This document shows, in pieces, positions 10,101-21,595 of a stretch of 64,000 bases of DNA. The notes under the pieces were generated by a model. It was not told the origin of the DNA and made no database searches. It saw only the letters and a list, made by a program, of their open reading frames with translations. Origin of the DNA: Candidatus Eiseniibacteriota bacterium (GTDB taxonomy: Bacteria; Eisenbacteria; RBG-16-71-46; CAIMUX01; VGJL01); the NCBI GenBank assembly GCA_041946735.1, contig JBHGAY010000001.1, positions 192,001 to 256,000 on the forward strand, read 5' to 3'. Each line of letters begins with the position of its first letter. Within the stretch, counting starts at the first letter, position 1. The position numbers and the translations under genes are program-made.

Positions 10101-11510
10101 TCAATCCGATGGTCCGCGTGAAGATTCCAAGCTCAGTTGCGGTGACCATGCGGGATTGTATTGGCCACTTCTTCCGGAGGTCAAGGCGCGTTTCCCCGAG
10201 CCATCGGACGCCATGACGTAGAGAGACCGCCGGCCGCCTTGCAGCTTCGAATAGACGAGATGGCGGCCGTCGGGCGCCCAGCGCGGATTCTCGTGCGTTC
10301 CCTCGTCGCCCGTCAAACGGACCAGGTCGCTCCCATCGGGCCGGACGGTGCAGATGTCGAAGACGCCGTCGAGCATCGAAACGAAGGCGATCCGGTCTCC
10401 CTTCGGGGACCAGTCGGGACTGTCGTTCTGGCTGCCGTAGAACGTGATCCTGCGCGCGGAGGCGCCGTCCCGATCCATGACGTAGACCTCCGGATGTCCG
10501 CTTCGGTCGCTCGTGAAAGCGATCCGCCGGCCGTCCGGACTGAAGCTCGGCGACGTGTCGATCGAAGGGTTGTAGGTGAGGCGCGTCGGATCGCCTCCCT
10601 CGGCGTTCGCAACGAAGATCTCGAGATTCCCCGAGAGGCTGCGAGTGAAAGCGACCTGCTGCCCGTCGGGCGACCAGGCGGGCGAAGCGCTCATCGCGCC
10701 CGGCTGCGAGATGTTCCACGTCCTGCCGTCGCGGATGCGGTAGCCGGCGACGCCCGCCTGGCCTTGGGCGAAAGTCGTGAACGCGAGGCGGTCGCCGGTC
10801 GGAGAGAAGGCCGGGGAGAGGACGATCGTGCCGAAGCGGGTGAGCTGTTGCTGGTTCGCTCCATCGTAGTCGATCAGGTGGATCTCTCGGTTCTGTCCCG
10901 CTTCCTGGATGAAGGCGATGCGGGTCTCCGCGATTCCGCGCTCGCCCGTCATGTAGAGGACGATGTCGTCGGAGAAGGCGTGGATCGCCCAGCGGTCGGG
11001 GGGATCGCCCAACGGATAGTCTCGCGAGAAGATCTTGTTCTGCGTCTTCGCGTCTCGCAAGGTCCCGGAGAGGACGGGCCGGCCCCAGGAGCTGCCGATC
11101 GAGGCGGAGGCGATGGCGCGTGTCCCTTCGGGGATGATGTCCCCGCCCGGGCCGCTCGCGAAGGAGCCGAGGCTCACCGTGAAGAAGTCGGAATAGCGGA
11201 GATCCTGGCCGAGGATGATCTCCGCCCGGTCTCCTCCGGGGAACGACAGCACGACTCCGCCCTGGTAGACGAACTGCTCGATGTGGATCGGGATCTTGTA
11301 GAACGAGCCGGAGACGATGTCGGGAAGCCGCACTTCGTCCTCGCTGCGCGCGGGGCGCCCGAGGGCGAGGATCGAGGCTACGGCCAGGATCGGCAGGAGC
11401 AGCGCCGCCGGGCGGCGGACGCGCGGGCGCGGGCGCCAGCGCGGGCGGCGGCGCTGACGGCGGCGCGAGCGCGGCTGCTTCGGTGGCTTCTCGAACGGCG
11501 GCATCGTCAT
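10101..11510 (-). CDS. tolB: Tol-Pal beta-propeller protein TolB
   Basis: TRIAF, DYDGAN and repeated SP.WSPDG (PD40) units. Lies upstream of pal; start codon uncertain. Confidence 0.9.
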   Translation of the reverse strand: MTMPPFEKPPKQPRSRRRQRRRPRWRPRPRVRRPAALLLPILAVASILALGRPARSEDEVRLPDIVSGSFYKIPIHIEQFVYQGGVVLSFPGGDRAEIILGQDLRYSDFFTVSLGSFASGPGGDIIPEGTRAIASASIGSSWGRPVLSGTLRDAKTQNKIFSRDYPLGDPPDRWAIHAFSDDIVLYMTGERGIAETRIAFIQEAGQNREIHLIDYDGANQQQLTRFGTIVLSPAFSPTGDRLAFTTFAQGQAGVAGYRIRDGRTWNISQPGAMSASPAWSPDGQQVAFTRSLSGNLEIFVANAEGGDPTRLTYNPSIDTSPSFSPDGRRIAFTSDRSGHPEVYVMDRDGASARRITFYGSQNDSPDWSPKGDRIAFVSMLDGVFDICTVRPDGSDLVRLTGDEGTHENPRWAPDGRHLVYSKLQGGRRSLYVMASDGSGKRALTSGRSGQYNPAWSPQLSLESSRGPSD

Positions 11511-11562
11511 CGGTGTCCGCTCCTCCTCCTCTTCAGCGCTTTCCCGCGCGCACCGGGCTTCC

Positions 11563-12387
11563 TCAGTCCTGATAGACGAACCGGAGATGGATGCCGAGCC
11601 ACTCCCCGTCGTACTCCTGAGGGAGCGGCGGGAGCGGAGCGGCCATCGTGACCGCCCGCAGCGCCGCCTGGTCGAACAGCGTCATACCCGATGGCTCCTC
11701 GACGTAGCTCGCTTCCACGTTCCCCGTCCGGTTGATCCGGAAGCTGATCATCGCGGAGAGCTGCGACACCGAGCCCGGCGGCGGCTCCCAATAGGACGCG
11801 ATCTTATCCCGGACGATGCTGAGGTAGTAGCTGTAGGCGGTGATCGGGCCCTCGACGCCGATCTCGAGCGCGCCCGATCCTCCGCCCGGCAGCGCCACCT
11901 CCGTCCGCAGCGCGCGAGCGTCGCCGCCCGCCGCCTCCGTTGCGCTCTGCCGTTGTCCCTCGGCAGCCTTCTGGCGCGTCGGCACCGGGGTTCCTTCCTT
12001 GCCCGGCTTCGCGGGCGTCGGCTTCTTCTCCCCCGCCTTCTTGGTGCTCGCCTCGATCGGCGGCGCCTTCGGCTTCGTTTCCGGCGCCTTCGTCTCGGGC
12101 TTCTTGGCCGCTGGCTTCGGCGGGGTGGGCTGCGGCGGGCGGGGCGTGCCGGCGCGCGTGCCGCCGCCTCCCGCCTTGCCCGGAAGTCCCACGAGATGCA
12201 CCGGGATGCCGACGAGGCGGACGGGCGGCTTCGGGCGGCTCGGAATGCCGATCGCGATGGTGAGGCAGATCAGGAGGTGGATGCCGAGAGAGACCCAGGC
12301 GGCGCGGCGGAGTCGCGAGGGATGAAGCTCCCGCTCCTGCTTCCACCTTCTTCCCCACCGCTCCCTCGGCTCCGTCCACCAGCTCAA
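11563..12387 (-). CDS. TonB/TolA family energy transducer
   Basis: N-terminal TM with SLGIH (S-x3-H), a Pro/Lys-rich linker, and a C-terminal domain Y...VRDKI..YW..PSG..LFDQAALRAV..AAPLPPLP. Confidence 0.85.
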   Translation of the reverse strand: MSWWTEPRERWGRRWKQERELHPSRLRRAAWVSLGIHLLICLTIAIGIPSRPKPPVRLVGIPVHLVGLPGKAGGGGTRAGTPRPPQPTPPKPAAKKPETKAPETKPKAPPIEASTKKAGEKKPTPAKPGKEGTPVPTRQKAAEGQRQSATEAAGGDARALRTEVALPGGGSGALEIGVEGPITAYSYYLSIVRDKIASYWEPPPGSVSQLSAMISFRINRTGNVEASYVEEPSGMTLFDQAALRAVTMAAPLPPLPQEYDGEWLGIHLRFVYQD

Positions 12388-12411
12388 TGAAACTTCCCCC
12401 TCGCCCCGGCG

Positions 12412-14274
12412 CTACCCCTCGCTCGATGACGAGGTTCCATGATCTTGCCGCCGGACGTCGCGGGCATCGCGCGTGTCGCGAGTTTCGCGAGCGCCGCCCG
12501 TTTCGCGAGCGCCGCGGGCATCGCGGACGCCGCCAAGATCGCGGCCCTCGCCCCCGCGGGCGCGGTCCGTCTCGTCGGGCGAGATCCGGAGGCGATCGAA
12601 GAGCATCGCGATTTCCTGCGAGCGCACCTCCGCCAGGTCGCCACGCGGATGCTCCGCGAACGCGCCCGGCCCTTCCCCGGCGATCCTCTTCGCGACGGCG
12701 TCGACCAGATCCGGAAGCCGGCTGGGACCCCTCTCGCGAGCGAGGAGGTGCGCGAGCGCCGTGGCGAGCGTTCGCGCCTGCGAAGGATGCACCAGCGCGC
12801 CGCTCGACGACAGGTCGATCTCGCTCGTCCCTACGCGCACGCGCCGCAGGCCGGTCGCGCGAACGCGCGGGTCGCGCGCTCGCAGACGATCCAGCGGCAG
12901 ATCCCTCCGCGGCTCGGGCCACGTCGCGCGCGGCGGCTCGACCCCGGGCCCCATCTCCCGCCGGATCTCGACCATGCGCCGCGTCTCATCGACGGGACGG
13001 TACGCGTCCATCACGACGACCCGATCCGCCGCCCGAAACGCCTCCCCGCTCCCCCCGACCACCAGGACGGTGGAGATCCCTAGATCCGTGTACATCTCCC
13101 GCAGCCGCGAGAGCAGAGGGACGATCGGCTCTTGCTCGGGCCGGAGGAGCCTCGCCATCCACGGGTCGCGCAGGAGGAAGTTCGTCGCCGAGGTGTCCTC
13201 GTCGATCAGGAGACAGCGGCATCCTGCCGCGATCGCCTCGACGATCGAGGCGGCCTGCGAGGTCGCGCCGCTTGCGTTCGCCGTCGTGAAGCGACGGACG
13301 TCGCGCCCGCCGGGCAGGTTGCGCAGGAACGGGGACAGATCGACGCCATGGACCGACCGGCCATCCTCCGCCCGGATCATCATCGCGGTCGGGTCGGTCG
13401 CCACGCGCTCGCGCCCGTCTCCGGGCACGTGCGGCCAGACGGCGGCCGCGAGGGACCGCAGCACGGTCGACTTTCCGTGAAAGCCGCCGCCGGAGAGGAG
13501 CGTGATGCCGCGCGGGATCGCGAGGCCGCGCAGCCGGCCCGCATGCGGGAGCGCGACCTCCCCCGCGAGCGAATCCGGCGCCTCGAGGGGAAGATTCCCC
13601 TCCTCGAGCGGGACGTCCTCTTCGCCGGAGCGGCGGGCGAGGCGCGAGCCGTCGGCGAGGAACGCGACCCACCCGTGTCGGGCAAGCAGCGACTGCAGCG
13701 CCGCGTGGTCCTCGGCGGCGGCGCGGTGGCGAGCGAGAAGCGCCGCGTCCCAGGATCCCTCGAAGAGCGTCTCGCGAATCATGCGCGGGATCCCGATCGC
13801 AAGCGCCGCCGCCGCCCGCCGCCCCTCGATCCGCCTTCCCCGCGCGGGAAGCGAAGCTTCGAGGAGAAGTTCGATCCTGTCCTCCGCGAGGCGCAGCGCC
13901 GTGCGACGCAGGATCTGCTGCGAGGGAGGATCGATGCCGACGATCGAGCCGATCTCTTCGCGCTCGCGCAACCAGGCGTGAAGGCGCCGCGCGAGAAAGT
14001 CCTCGATCGCCGTCGTTCCCTCCGGTCCCGCTCCGGCCAACGGCAGCCCGGCGAGGGCGAGCGGGACCGTGACGCGCAGGATCGAGGGAGGCGCGAACGG
14101 GTCGGGCTGGACGTGCAGGATCTCGAGCACGACCCCGCCAGGGGACAGGTCATGCAGGCCGCGCAGGTCGCGGTAGGCGGGATAGGGAGCCCCTTCCCGT
14201 TCCCGAAGCCGCTCCTCCAGACCGCCTGCGCTGCCGGCCGGTGTCCTCCTCCGGTCGCGCGACCCTTGCTGCAA
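12412..14274 (-). CDS. ABC-class ATPase-domain protein (ABC_ATPase/MRB1590-like family)
   Basis: HVQPDPFAPPS, Walker A GGGFHGKST, HVPGDGRE, NASGATSQAA and Walker B LLIDEDTSATNF. SD GGGAGG precedes TTG 14274. Confidence 0.85.
   Translation of the reverse strand: MQQGSRDRRRTPAGSAGGLEERLREREGAPYPAYRDLRGLHDLSPGGVVLEILHVQPDPFAPPSILRVTVPLALAGLPLAGAGPEGTTAIEDFLARRLHAWLREREEIGSIVGIDPPSQQILRRTALRLAEDRIELLLEASLPARGRRIEGRRAAAALAIGIPRMIRETLFEGSWDAALLARHRAAAEDHAALQSLLARHGWVAFLADGSRLARRSGEEDVPLEEGNLPLEAPDSLAGEVALPHAGRLRGLAIPRGITLLSGGGFHGKSTVLRSLAAAVWPHVPGDGRERVATDPTAMMIRAEDGRSVHGVDLSPFLRNLPGGRDVRRFTTANASGATSQAASIVEAIAAGCRCLLIDEDTSATNFLLRDPWMARLLRPEQEPIVPLLSRLREMYTDLGISTVLVVGGSGEAFRAADRVVVMDAYRPVDETRRMVEIRREMGPGVEPPRATWPEPRRDLPLDRLRARDPRVRATGLRRVRVGTSEIDLSSSGALVHPSQARTLATALAHLLARERGPSRLPDLVDAVAKRIAGEGPGAFAEHPRGDLAEVRSQEIAMLFDRLRISPDETDRARGGEGRDLGGVRDARGARETGGARETRDTRDARDVRRQDHGTSSSSEG
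12452..12532. repeat. Imperfect 9/18-bp periodic repeat encoding the RDARGARETGGARETRDTRDARD tail
   Basis: GTTTCGCGAGCGCCGC occurs twice at 18-bp spacing, and CGCGGGCATCGCG occurs twice. Confidence 0.65.
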
Positions 14275-14538
14275 GATGCGATCCTCCCTGGTCCTGCCGC
14301 GGATTCTCCGATAGGGCGGCCGGCAAGTCCAATGCGGAACGAGAATTCGACCAGCGGCCGGGATCGCGCTCCTCCGTTCCGGCGCATTCGGCTGGCACCG
14401 CGCGGCCGGCGCTCCGGGTTCGAGCCGCTTGGTCGGTCCGCAGAGAATCGGTACACTCATCTCGATGCTTTTCAGCCCTGGCGCCGGTGGAGGCCCCCCG
14501 GCGCCCTCGCACACCCGCCTACCGTCTTGGAGGAGATC

Positions 14539-16836
14539 ATGGCGAAACCACGCCTGAGGGTGGCCCTCTTCGCACTGTCCACCCTGCTGCTCGCCGGCAG
14601 CGCGCTGGCCCTCCACGCTCCCGAGTTCTCGGGACCGCGCCCAGGACCGCACGCCTCGGAGATCTCGGCCGCGACCGACCCGCTGGACGCGGTCCCGAAC
14701 GGACTCGTCAACCGGACCAGCGGCGTCCTCGCTTCCCTCGTCAATCTGCACGACGGCCCCTTCCCCGGGACTCCCGAGCAGGCCGCCCGGGCGTTCCTCG
14801 CCCAGCGCGCCGGCGACTTCGGCCTCTCGCGCTCGGGAGACGACCTCGCCGTCGACGCGGTCCAGCAATCCCCCGGCAACGTCCATGTCCGGATGCACCA
14901 GACCGTCGGCGGGGTCCCGGTCCTCGGCGCCGACGTCGTGGTGACGCTCGATGCGGCGGGCCGGATCGTCGAAGCCGTCTACTCCGCATACGACCCGATC
15001 CTCGCGCACAGCGCGGTGCCGTCGGTCGCCTCGATTCCCGCCTCGCGGGCGCGCGAGGCGGCGGTGAACGCCGTCGGCGTCACTCCCGACACCCGGTGGA
15101 TCGGCGAGATTTCCGAGTCGCTCTGGGTGATCCGGGACGAGCCGCGCGTCGGCAGTCCGGCGCACCTCGCCTTTCGGGTCTCCGTCCCGGTCGAGACGCC
15201 GATGGGCGACTGGGTCGTCGACGTCGACGCGCTTTCCGGTTCCGTCCTCAGGGTGTACGACCAGGCGTTCTACACCGACGGCAGCGGCATGTCGTTCGAT
15301 CCCGATCCGATCACGACGGCCGAGGTCGTCTACGGTGGCAACTACTCCGACAACAACGACCAGGACAACGCGTACCTGAGCGCAGAGCGTTTCCCCCGCT
15401 CCCTGCGCGACATCACCCTGATCAGCGGGATGTGGAATCTTCGCGGTCCCTGGGTCTACCTGGAAGACTTCGAATCGCCGGTGAGCCCGCCGGTCACCAA
15501 TGCCGATCCGAACGCCTTCAACTACTCGCGCTTCGACCAGGGGTTCGAGGACGTGATGGCCTACTTCGGGATCGACCAGAGCCAGCGCTACATCCAGTCG
15601 CTCGGCTACAACAACATCCAGCACGGTCCGATCCACGTCGATCCGCATGGCCTCAGCGGGGCGGACAACAGCCACTACATCCCCAGCTCGAACAAGATCG
15701 CATGGGGAGAGGGAGGCGTCGACGACGCGGAGGACATGGACGTGCTGCTCCACGAGTACGGCCATGCGCTGCAGAACAGCATGGTTCCCGGCTGGGGCGG
15801 GAGCGTCCAGGCCAGGTCGATGGGCGAAGGGTTCGGCGACTACTGGGCGGGAAGCTACTCGCAGAGCATCTCCGACTTCCGCTCCGAGTGGGTCTTCAAC
15901 TGGGACGGTCACAACACGTTCTGGGGCGGCCGCGCGCTCAACTCGACGCTCACCTACCAGAACATCAACGGCGACATCTACCACGACGGCTCGATCTGGG
16001 CGGCCGTGCTCTGGTTGATTCGGAGCGAGGTCGGCCGGAAGGTCTCGGACGACGACGTTCTGAAGCTGCATTTCGGCCTCGGAACCGGCCCGACGATGGC
16101 ACAGGCGGCCGCGAGCATGATGCAGGCCGACAAGACGCTCTACGGCGGCCTCCACGCGGGGAGCATCGACTTCTGGATGGTCCAGCGGCGCTTCTTCACC
16201 GAGGGCCAGTACGACGTTCCGTCGCTGACCCACGTTCCGATCCCGGATCAGAACGTCGCCGGACCGTACCCGCTCACCGTGACGATCGCCTCGGGGAGCC
16301 CGATCGTCGACGGCAGCGTCAAGGTCAAGTTCGGAACCGGGACGGCATTCGATCAGGAAGCGGTCCTCGCTCCGACGGGAAACCCGAACGAGTGGGGCGG
16401 CGCGATTCCCAACCAGGGCGGGAACGTGGACATCCGCTACTACTTGATCGCCGACAACACAGCCACCTGGCGCGGTGCCAGCCCGCGCGGCGCCGAGAAC
16501 CTCTACTACCAGTTCCACGTCGGACCGCTCGTCTCGGTCGAGGAGCTGCAGCCGGGCGCGACGCTCGCCCTCTACCGGCCGAGCCCCAACCCCTGCAGCC
16601 CGATGACCAGCCTGCGCTTCGACCTTCCGCAGGCCGGAAATGCCCGCTTCGCGATCCATGACCTGCAGGGCAGGACGATCCGCACCCTCGCCGACGGCGC
16701 CTTGGTCGCCGGCCGCCACACCTACTCGTGGGACGGACGCGATCAGGGCGGCCATCCGTTGCCGGCCGGCCTGTACTTCGTCCGCCTCGAGGCCGAGGGC
16801 CGCACGATGACGGAGAAGGTGCTCTTGACGAAGTAG
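14539..16836 (+). CDS. Secreted M36/M4-type Zn metallopeptidase with propeptide and FlgD-Ig-like C-terminal tail
   Basis: Signal peptide, FTP/PepSY-like propeptide (HVRMHQTVGGVPV, VDVDALSG), HEYGH..MGEGFGD, and a PNP..WDGRD..G.LPAGLYF tail. Confidence 0.88.
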   Translation: MAKPRLRVALFALSTLLLAGSALALHAPEFSGPRPGPHASEISAATDPLDAVPNGLVNRTSGVLASLVNLHDGPFPGTPEQAARAFLAQRAGDFGLSRSGDDLAVDAVQQSPGNVHVRMHQTVGGVPVLGADVVVTLDAAGRIVEAVYSAYDPILAHSAVPSVASIPASRAREAAVNAVGVTPDTRWIGEISESLWVIRDEPRVGSPAHLAFRVSVPVETPMGDWVVDVDALSGSVLRVYDQAFYTDGSGMSFDPDPITTAEVVYGGNYSDNNDQDNAYLSAERFPRSLRDITLISGMWNLRGPWVYLEDFESPVSPPVTNADPNAFNYSRFDQGFEDVMAYFGIDQSQRYIQSLGYNNIQHGPIHVDPHGLSGADNSHYIPSSNKIAWGEGGVDDAEDMDVLLHEYGHALQNSMVPGWGGSVQARSMGEGFGDYWAGSYSQSISDFRSEWVFNWDGHNTFWGGRALNSTLTYQNINGDIYHDGSIWAAVLWLIRSEVGRKVSDDDVLKLHFGLGTGPTMAQAAASMMQADKTLYGGLHAGSIDFWMVQRRFFTEGQYDVPSLTHVPIPDQNVAGPYPLTVTIASGSPIVDGSVKVKFGTGTAFDQEAVLAPTGNPNEWGGAIPNQGGNVDIRYYLIADNTATWRGASPRGAENLYYQFHVGPLVSVEELQPGATLALYRPSPNPCSPMTSLRFDLPQAGNARFAIHDLQGRTIRTLADGALVAGRHTYSWDGRDQGGHPLPAGLYFVRLEAEGRTMTEKVLLTK

Positions 16837-16905
16837 GAGAACGGAAGGGCCGGGCGTCGCCGCTGCGTGAGCGTGCGGCGCGCGTGTCTCTCGATCCGAC
16901 ATCAT

Positions 16906-16933
16906 GAGGGCCGGGGATCGCTCCCCGGCCCTC
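16906..16933. terminator. Hairpin between convergent genes
   Basis: 12-bp stem GAGGGCCGGGGA-TCGC-TCCCCGGCCCTC. Confidence 0.65.
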
Positions 16934-16971
16934 TCTGCGTTTGCGTTCCGCCGGTGCGCGGGCGGCGGGCG

Positions 16972-19731
16972 CTAGAGCGAAAGCTCCACGTGGATCATCT
17001 TCCCATCCTCGCTCGCGCCGGTCTTGCGGAAGCCGAGCTGGCCGATGATCGCGAGCATCCCCTGGTTGTCGGACGAGAGGCTCGTCGTCAGCCTCTCGAG
17101 CCCCTCGTCGCGCGCGAAGTCCACGAGCCGGCGGACGATCTCCTTGCCGAGGCCCCAGCCCTGGTACGGATCGCCGACGAGGATGCTGAACCGTCCCTCC
17201 TCGGCGCCGCGCAGCTTGCTGAGGCGTCCGACCGCGAGGATCTTGCGCCCGTCGCTGTCCCGGTCCTCGACGACGAGCGCCATCTCGCGGTCGTAGTCGA
17301 GGAAGCAGATGCGGGACAGACGCTCGTGAGCGACTCGATGGGAGAGCAGAAGCGGGTTCATGTAGCGCAGCCGGACGCTCTTCTCCGACAGGACTTCGTG
17401 AAAATCGACCAGGAGCGTCTCGTCGTCGGGACGGATCGGCCGGATCACGACGCGCCTCCCGTTCTTCGTCGTCCACTCCTTCTCGTATTGGCTAGGGTAG
17501 GGCCGGATCGCCAAACGCGGCAGCTCGCTCTCCTTCTTCTCCGCCGGATGCAGGACGACGCGCGCGTCGAGCGCGAGAAGCCGCTCCGGCGAGGCGAGCA
17601 GCGGGTTGATGTCGATCTCCGCGATCCGGGGCTGCTCGGCCACCAGCTCGCTGAAGCGGACCATGAGCTGCTCGAGGCCGCCGAGATAGACCGGCCGGCG
17701 CCCGCGCACCCCTTTCAACGCCTTGAAGATGGAGGTCCGCTCCATCATTCGCCGGGCGAGCGTCGTCGTGAGAGGAGGAAGGCCCAGCGCGCGGTCCTTG
17801 AACACCTCGACGAGCTGCCCGCCCATTCCGAAGAGGAGGACCGGCCCGAACTGCGGATCGGGGCTCGAGCCGAGGATCAGCTCGTAGCCGTCGAGCTTGA
17901 CCATCGGCTGGACGGTCACCCCTTGGAAGTGCTCCGCGCCCGCCTTCGCCGTCACGGAGTCGCGGATCTCGCCGAAGGCTCGCCGCACCGCCGCTTCGTC
18001 GGAAAGCGAGAGCTTCACGCCTCCCACGTCCGTCTTGTGCGTGATCGTCTCGCTGTAGAGCTTCAGCACGGCCGGGTAGCCGATCTCTGCCGCCGTTCGG
18101 GCGGCTTCGTCCTCGGAGCGTGCGATCCTCGTCGTGACGGTCGGAATCCCGTAGGCGGCCAACAGCTCCTTCGACTCGTACTCGGTGAGGATCGTCCGTC
18201 CCGATGCGAGGACGGCCGCCAGGATCTCCTTCGCGCGGCCCCGATCGACCCCCTTGCTTCCACTGTCGATAGGCGCCGACGGCGTCTCGTAGAGCAGGCG
18301 GAGATTTTCCGCGTAGCGCCACATGTAGTTGAACATCCGCGCCGCGGTGTCCGGATAGGCGAGCGTCGGGATGTTCGCGCGGTTCAGGATCGCCTCGCCG
18401 GGAGCGACCTCGTCGCCTCCCATCCAGCTCGCGAGAAGCGGCTTGCCGGTCGACTGCGCGTACGGCTCGAGGTGCTCCGCGATCGCCGTCGGATCGGTCA
18501 TCGCCTGCGGCGTGAGGATCACGAGCATTCCGTCGGAGTTCGGATCCTTCGCGGCGATCTCGACCGCGCGCGCATAGCGCTCCGGGCTCGCGTCGCCGAG
18601 GATGTCGATCGGATTGTTGCGGCTCCATGCCGCGGGAAGGATCTCGCCATAGCGCTGGAACGCCTCGGGAGAGATGTTGCTCAGCTCGCCGCCCCCGGTC
18701 AGGAGAGCGTCGGTCGCTAGGACTCCCGGGCCGCCCGCGTTCGTCAGGATCGTCAGCTTGCGCCCGCGCGGCCGCGGCTGCTTCGCGAGCAGCTCCGCCA
18801 TGTGGAAGAGGTCGCTGATCTCGTCGACGCGCAGGACGCCCGATCGCCGGAACGCCGTCTCGAGGACCTCGTCGCTGCCGGTCATCGAGCCGGTATGCGA
18901 GGCGGCCGCCTTCGCCGCCCCCGCGGTCCGTCCCGGCTTGATGACGATGATCGGCTTGACGAGCGAGACCTCGCGGGCCGCCGACAGGAAGGACCGCGCG
19001 TCGCCGATCGTCTCCATGTAGATCACGATGCTCTGCGTGAGCGGATCGTCGCCGAGGTAATAGATCAGGTCGCCCCAGTTGACGTCGAGCATCGAGCCGA
19101 TCGACACGAACGCGCTGAATCCGACGTTCTCCTTGAAGCTCCAATCGAGGACGGCGGTGCAGAGCGCCCCGCTCTGGCTCAGGAAGCCGACGTTTCCGGG
19201 CCGCGCCATAGCGGTCGCGAACGTGGCGTTCAGCCCCGAATGCGTGTTCATCACGCCGAGGCAGTTCGGCCCGATGATGCGCATCCGGCCGCGCTTCGCC
19301 TCCTGAAGCACCTGCTGCTCCAGTTGCTGACCTTCCTCTCCGATCTCCTTGAATCCGGCCGAGATGACGATCGCGCCCCGCACCCCGTGCTGCACGCACT
19401 CGCGGATGATCCCAGGCACGGTCGTGGCAGGAGTGACGATGACGGCGAGATCGACCGGGTCAGGAACGTTGCGGATGCTCGGATACGCCTTGATCCCGAG
19501 AATCCCCGCCCGGTTCGGATTGATCGGATAGACCGTGCCGCCGAACGGGCTCGAGATGAGGTTCCAGAGGATCGTCCGGCCAACGGATCCTTCCTTCTCG
19601 GTAGCCCCGACGACAGCGACGCTCTTCGGCGCGAAGATCGCCTGCAACGCTTCCCGCCCGTAGTGCAGCACATCGTGCACCGGATCGAGAGGCGCAGCGA
19701 TCGAGCGAACTGCGGACTCTGTCTTCTCCAT
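16972..19731 (-). CDS. Acetate-CoA ligase family/GNAT fusion (Pat/PatZ-type protein lysine acetyltransferase)
   Basis: CoA-binding domain (IIGPNCLG), AASHTG, ATP-grasp ([15 protein letters not shown]) and C-terminal GNAT (YQGWGLG). Confidence 0.9.
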   Translation of the reverse strand: MEKTESAVRSIAAPLDPVHDVLHYGREALQAIFAPKSVAVVGATEKEGSVGRTILWNLISSPFGGTVYPINPNRAGILGIKAYPSIRNVPDPVDLAVIVTPATTVPGIIRECVQHGVRGAIVISAGFKEIGEEGQQLEQQVLQEAKRGRMRIIGPNCLGVMNTHSGLNATFATAMARPGNVGFLSQSGALCTAVLDWSFKENVGFSAFVSIGSMLDVNWGDLIYYLGDDPLTQSIVIYMETIGDARSFLSAAREVSLVKPIIVIKPGRTAGAAKAAASHTGSMTGSDEVLETAFRRSGVLRVDEISDLFHMAELLAKQPRPRGRKLTILTNAGGPGVLATDALLTGGGELSNISPEAFQRYGEILPAAWSRNNPIDILGDASPERYARAVEIAAKDPNSDGMLVILTPQAMTDPTAIAEHLEPYAQSTGKPLLASWMGGDEVAPGEAILNRANIPTLAYPDTAARMFNYMWRYAENLRLLYETPSAPIDSGSKGVDRGRAKEILAAVLASGRTILTEYESKELLAAYGIPTVTTRIARSEDEAARTAAEIGYPAVLKLYSETITHKTDVGGVKLSLSDEAAVRRAFGEIRDSVTAKAGAEHFQGVTVQPMVKLDGYELILGSSPDPQFGPVLLFGMGGQLVEVFKDRALGLPPLTTTLARRMMERTSIFKALKGVRGRRPVYLGGLEQLMVRFSELVAEQPRIAEIDINPLLASPERLLALDARVVLHPAEKKESELPRLAIRPYPSQYEKEWTTKNGRRVVIRPIRPDDETLLVDFHEVLSEKSVRLRYMNPLLLSHRVAHERLSRICFLDYDREMALVVEDRDSDGRKILAVGRLSKLRGAEEGRFSILVGDPYQGWGLGKEIVRRLVDFARDEGLERLTTSLSSDNQGMLAIIGQLGFRKTGASEDGKMIHVELSL

Positions 19732-19995
19732 GGAGCGCTCCTTCAGACACACGTACCCCATGATCGGCGAGGTATTCCGACGATCCGATGGATGGATCCG
19801 ACTGGAAATTGCGCGGGGGGCCCACGCCGATCCCCTTCCCCACACCGGCCCCACGGATGACTCTAGGAGAGCCGGCCGAGGATCACAACGAGCCACTGAA
19901 GCGAGGGTGCGTGGAGAGGCGGGGGCTGCGCGCGGCGTCGAGCCGTCGCCTCGAGAAGGACGGTCGATGCTCCGGCGCCGCGCCGTCTGCATCAG

Positions 19996-21393
19996 CTATT
20001 CCGGAAAGATGTTCCCCGGCGCGAAGATTCCTGCAGGATCGACGGAGCGTTTGAGGGCCCGCATTCCATCTATCACCCATTCGGGATACTGATACCGGAC
20101 GTACTCCCGCTTCACCTTCCCGACGCCGTGCTCGGCAGTCACCGTCCCTCCCCGCTCGATCGCAAGCAGCGCGAGGCGATGGGTCGCCGCACGGGCGCGC
20201 TCGAGCTCGGCGGGATCCGAGGCGAGCAGATTGAAGTGCGGATGCCCGTTGCCGACGTGCCCATAGCGGACGAAGGGGCCGCCGAAGGTTTCCCGTACGA
20301 TCCGCGTCGCTTCCTCCATCGTCGCCGGAAGTGCGTCGAGCGGAACGGCCCAGTCGGTCGAGAGCTTGCGGCCTCCTCCCGCGCGCGCCCGCGCGCCCCG
20401 CTCGTTCATCTCGGCGGGGAGCGCGTGCCGCAGACGACGCAGCTCGCTCTGCGGCTCGCTCGCCGTCGCGACGATCGTGTCGTCCGGGAGCGCGCCGGCA
20501 TGCGCTTCGAGCAGCCGGAACCATCCTTCCAGCGCCCGCTCCTCCTCGCCCGGGCCGCACTCCTGCTCGAAGTAGATCGCCGCGCGCGCGTCGTGCGGAA
20601 TCCGCAGCCGCCCGGCCTGAGGCCGGATCACGTCGAGCGAGCCGTCGTCGAACAGCTCGAGGCATCGAGGAGCGAGCGTGTGATCCCGGCGCGCGCGATC
20701 GGCGGCGAGCACGAAGGCGAGAGAGTCCTCGAGGGCGCGGAAGAACGCCAGCGCGCCGAAGTAGCCGGGCGGCGCGGGGATCAGGCGCAGTGTGACGCGC
20801 GTGACGATCCCGAGAGTGCCCTCGCTTCCGATCACGAGGTCGATCGGATCCTGGAAGCCGAAATAGCCGGTCGTGTTCTTCGTCGAGCGCCGCCGCGTCA
20901 GCTCATCGACGGAACCGTCGGCGCGGACCAGCCGCAGCGACACGACGTACGGGCGGGTGGGACCGTAGATGTAGGTGCGCGAGCCGCTGGCGTTCGCGAG
21001 CACGCTCCCGCCGACGGTGCATTCGTTCTCGCTCGTCGGATCGGGCGGGTAGAAGAGGCCGGTCCCGGCCAGCGATCGCTTGAAGTCGCCGAGGTTCGCC
21101 CCCGGTTCGACCACGGCGATCCGGCGCTCCGGATCGATCTCGAGCGTGGCCGCCATCCGTTCGAGACTGAGCGCGATCCCTCCCATCGCGAGCGGCGCGC
21201 CGGTCGTGCTCGACCGGAGCCCCTGCGCCGTGATCGGAACCTTGCGCGAGGCGGCCGCCCGAACGATCTCGACGACCTCGGCTTCGGTACGTGGCCGGGC
21301 GACCGCGTCCGGGACTCCGATCAAGCCCGAGGCGTCCTCCGAGTAGGCCCGACACGTCTCGGAATCGGTGGACCAGTGAGGATCGTCTTCCAT
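19996..21393 (-). CDS. FAD-linked oxidase (GlcD/D-lactate dehydrogenase-like)
   Basis: YPPDPTS, GSEGTLGIVT, GHVGNGHPH, AEHGVGK and DPAGIFAPG. Confidence 0.9.
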   Translation of the reverse strand: MEDDPHWSTDSETCRAYSEDASGLIGVPDAVARPRTEAEVVEIVRAAASRKVPITAQGLRSSTTGAPLAMGGIALSLERMAATLEIDPERRIAVVEPGANLGDFKRSLAGTGLFYPPDPTSENECTVGGSVLANASGSRTYIYGPTRPYVVSLRLVRADGSVDELTRRRSTKNTTGYFGFQDPIDLVIGSEGTLGIVTRVTLRLIPAPPGYFGALAFFRALEDSLAFVLAADRARRDHTLAPRCLELFDDGSLDVIRPQAGRLRIPHDARAAIYFEQECGPGEEERALEGWFRLLEAHAGALPDDTIVATASEPQSELRRLRHALPAEMNERGARARAGGGRKLSTDWAVPLDALPATMEEATRIVRETFGGPFVRYGHVGNGHPHFNLLASDPAELERARAATHRLALLAIERGGTVTAEHGVGKVKREYVRYQYPEWVIDGMRALKRSVDPAGIFAPGNIFPE

Positions 21394-21533
21394 TCCGCCT
21401 CCGTTGCTGCCGGCATCATAACGGAGAGGGACGGGGCAGGCACCGCCGGGCCGGCGGCCGGCGCGAGCGGCGAGCGGCAGGCCCGCGAGCCGCGACCGCG
21501 AAGAAGCGGCCGCGGAGAAGCGGCCGGAGCACC

Positions 21534-21570
21534 CATGAAGAAGCCCCGGGTCCAAAGGACCCGGGGCTTC
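21534..21570 (-). terminator. 14-bp hairpin terminator
   Basis: GAAGCCCCGGGTCC-AAA-GGACCCGGGGCTTC (21540-21570), followed by TTCATG on the minus strand. Confidence 0.75.
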
Positions 21571-21595
21571 GAACGGACGGAATCGAATCGGCTGA

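Noticed and set aside
12412..16905. 1497-aa minus-strand ORF as one giant protein
   Set aside because: The part upstream of 14274 is the stop-free antisense of the plus-strand peptidase. Only 12412-14274 has real motifs and its own SD.
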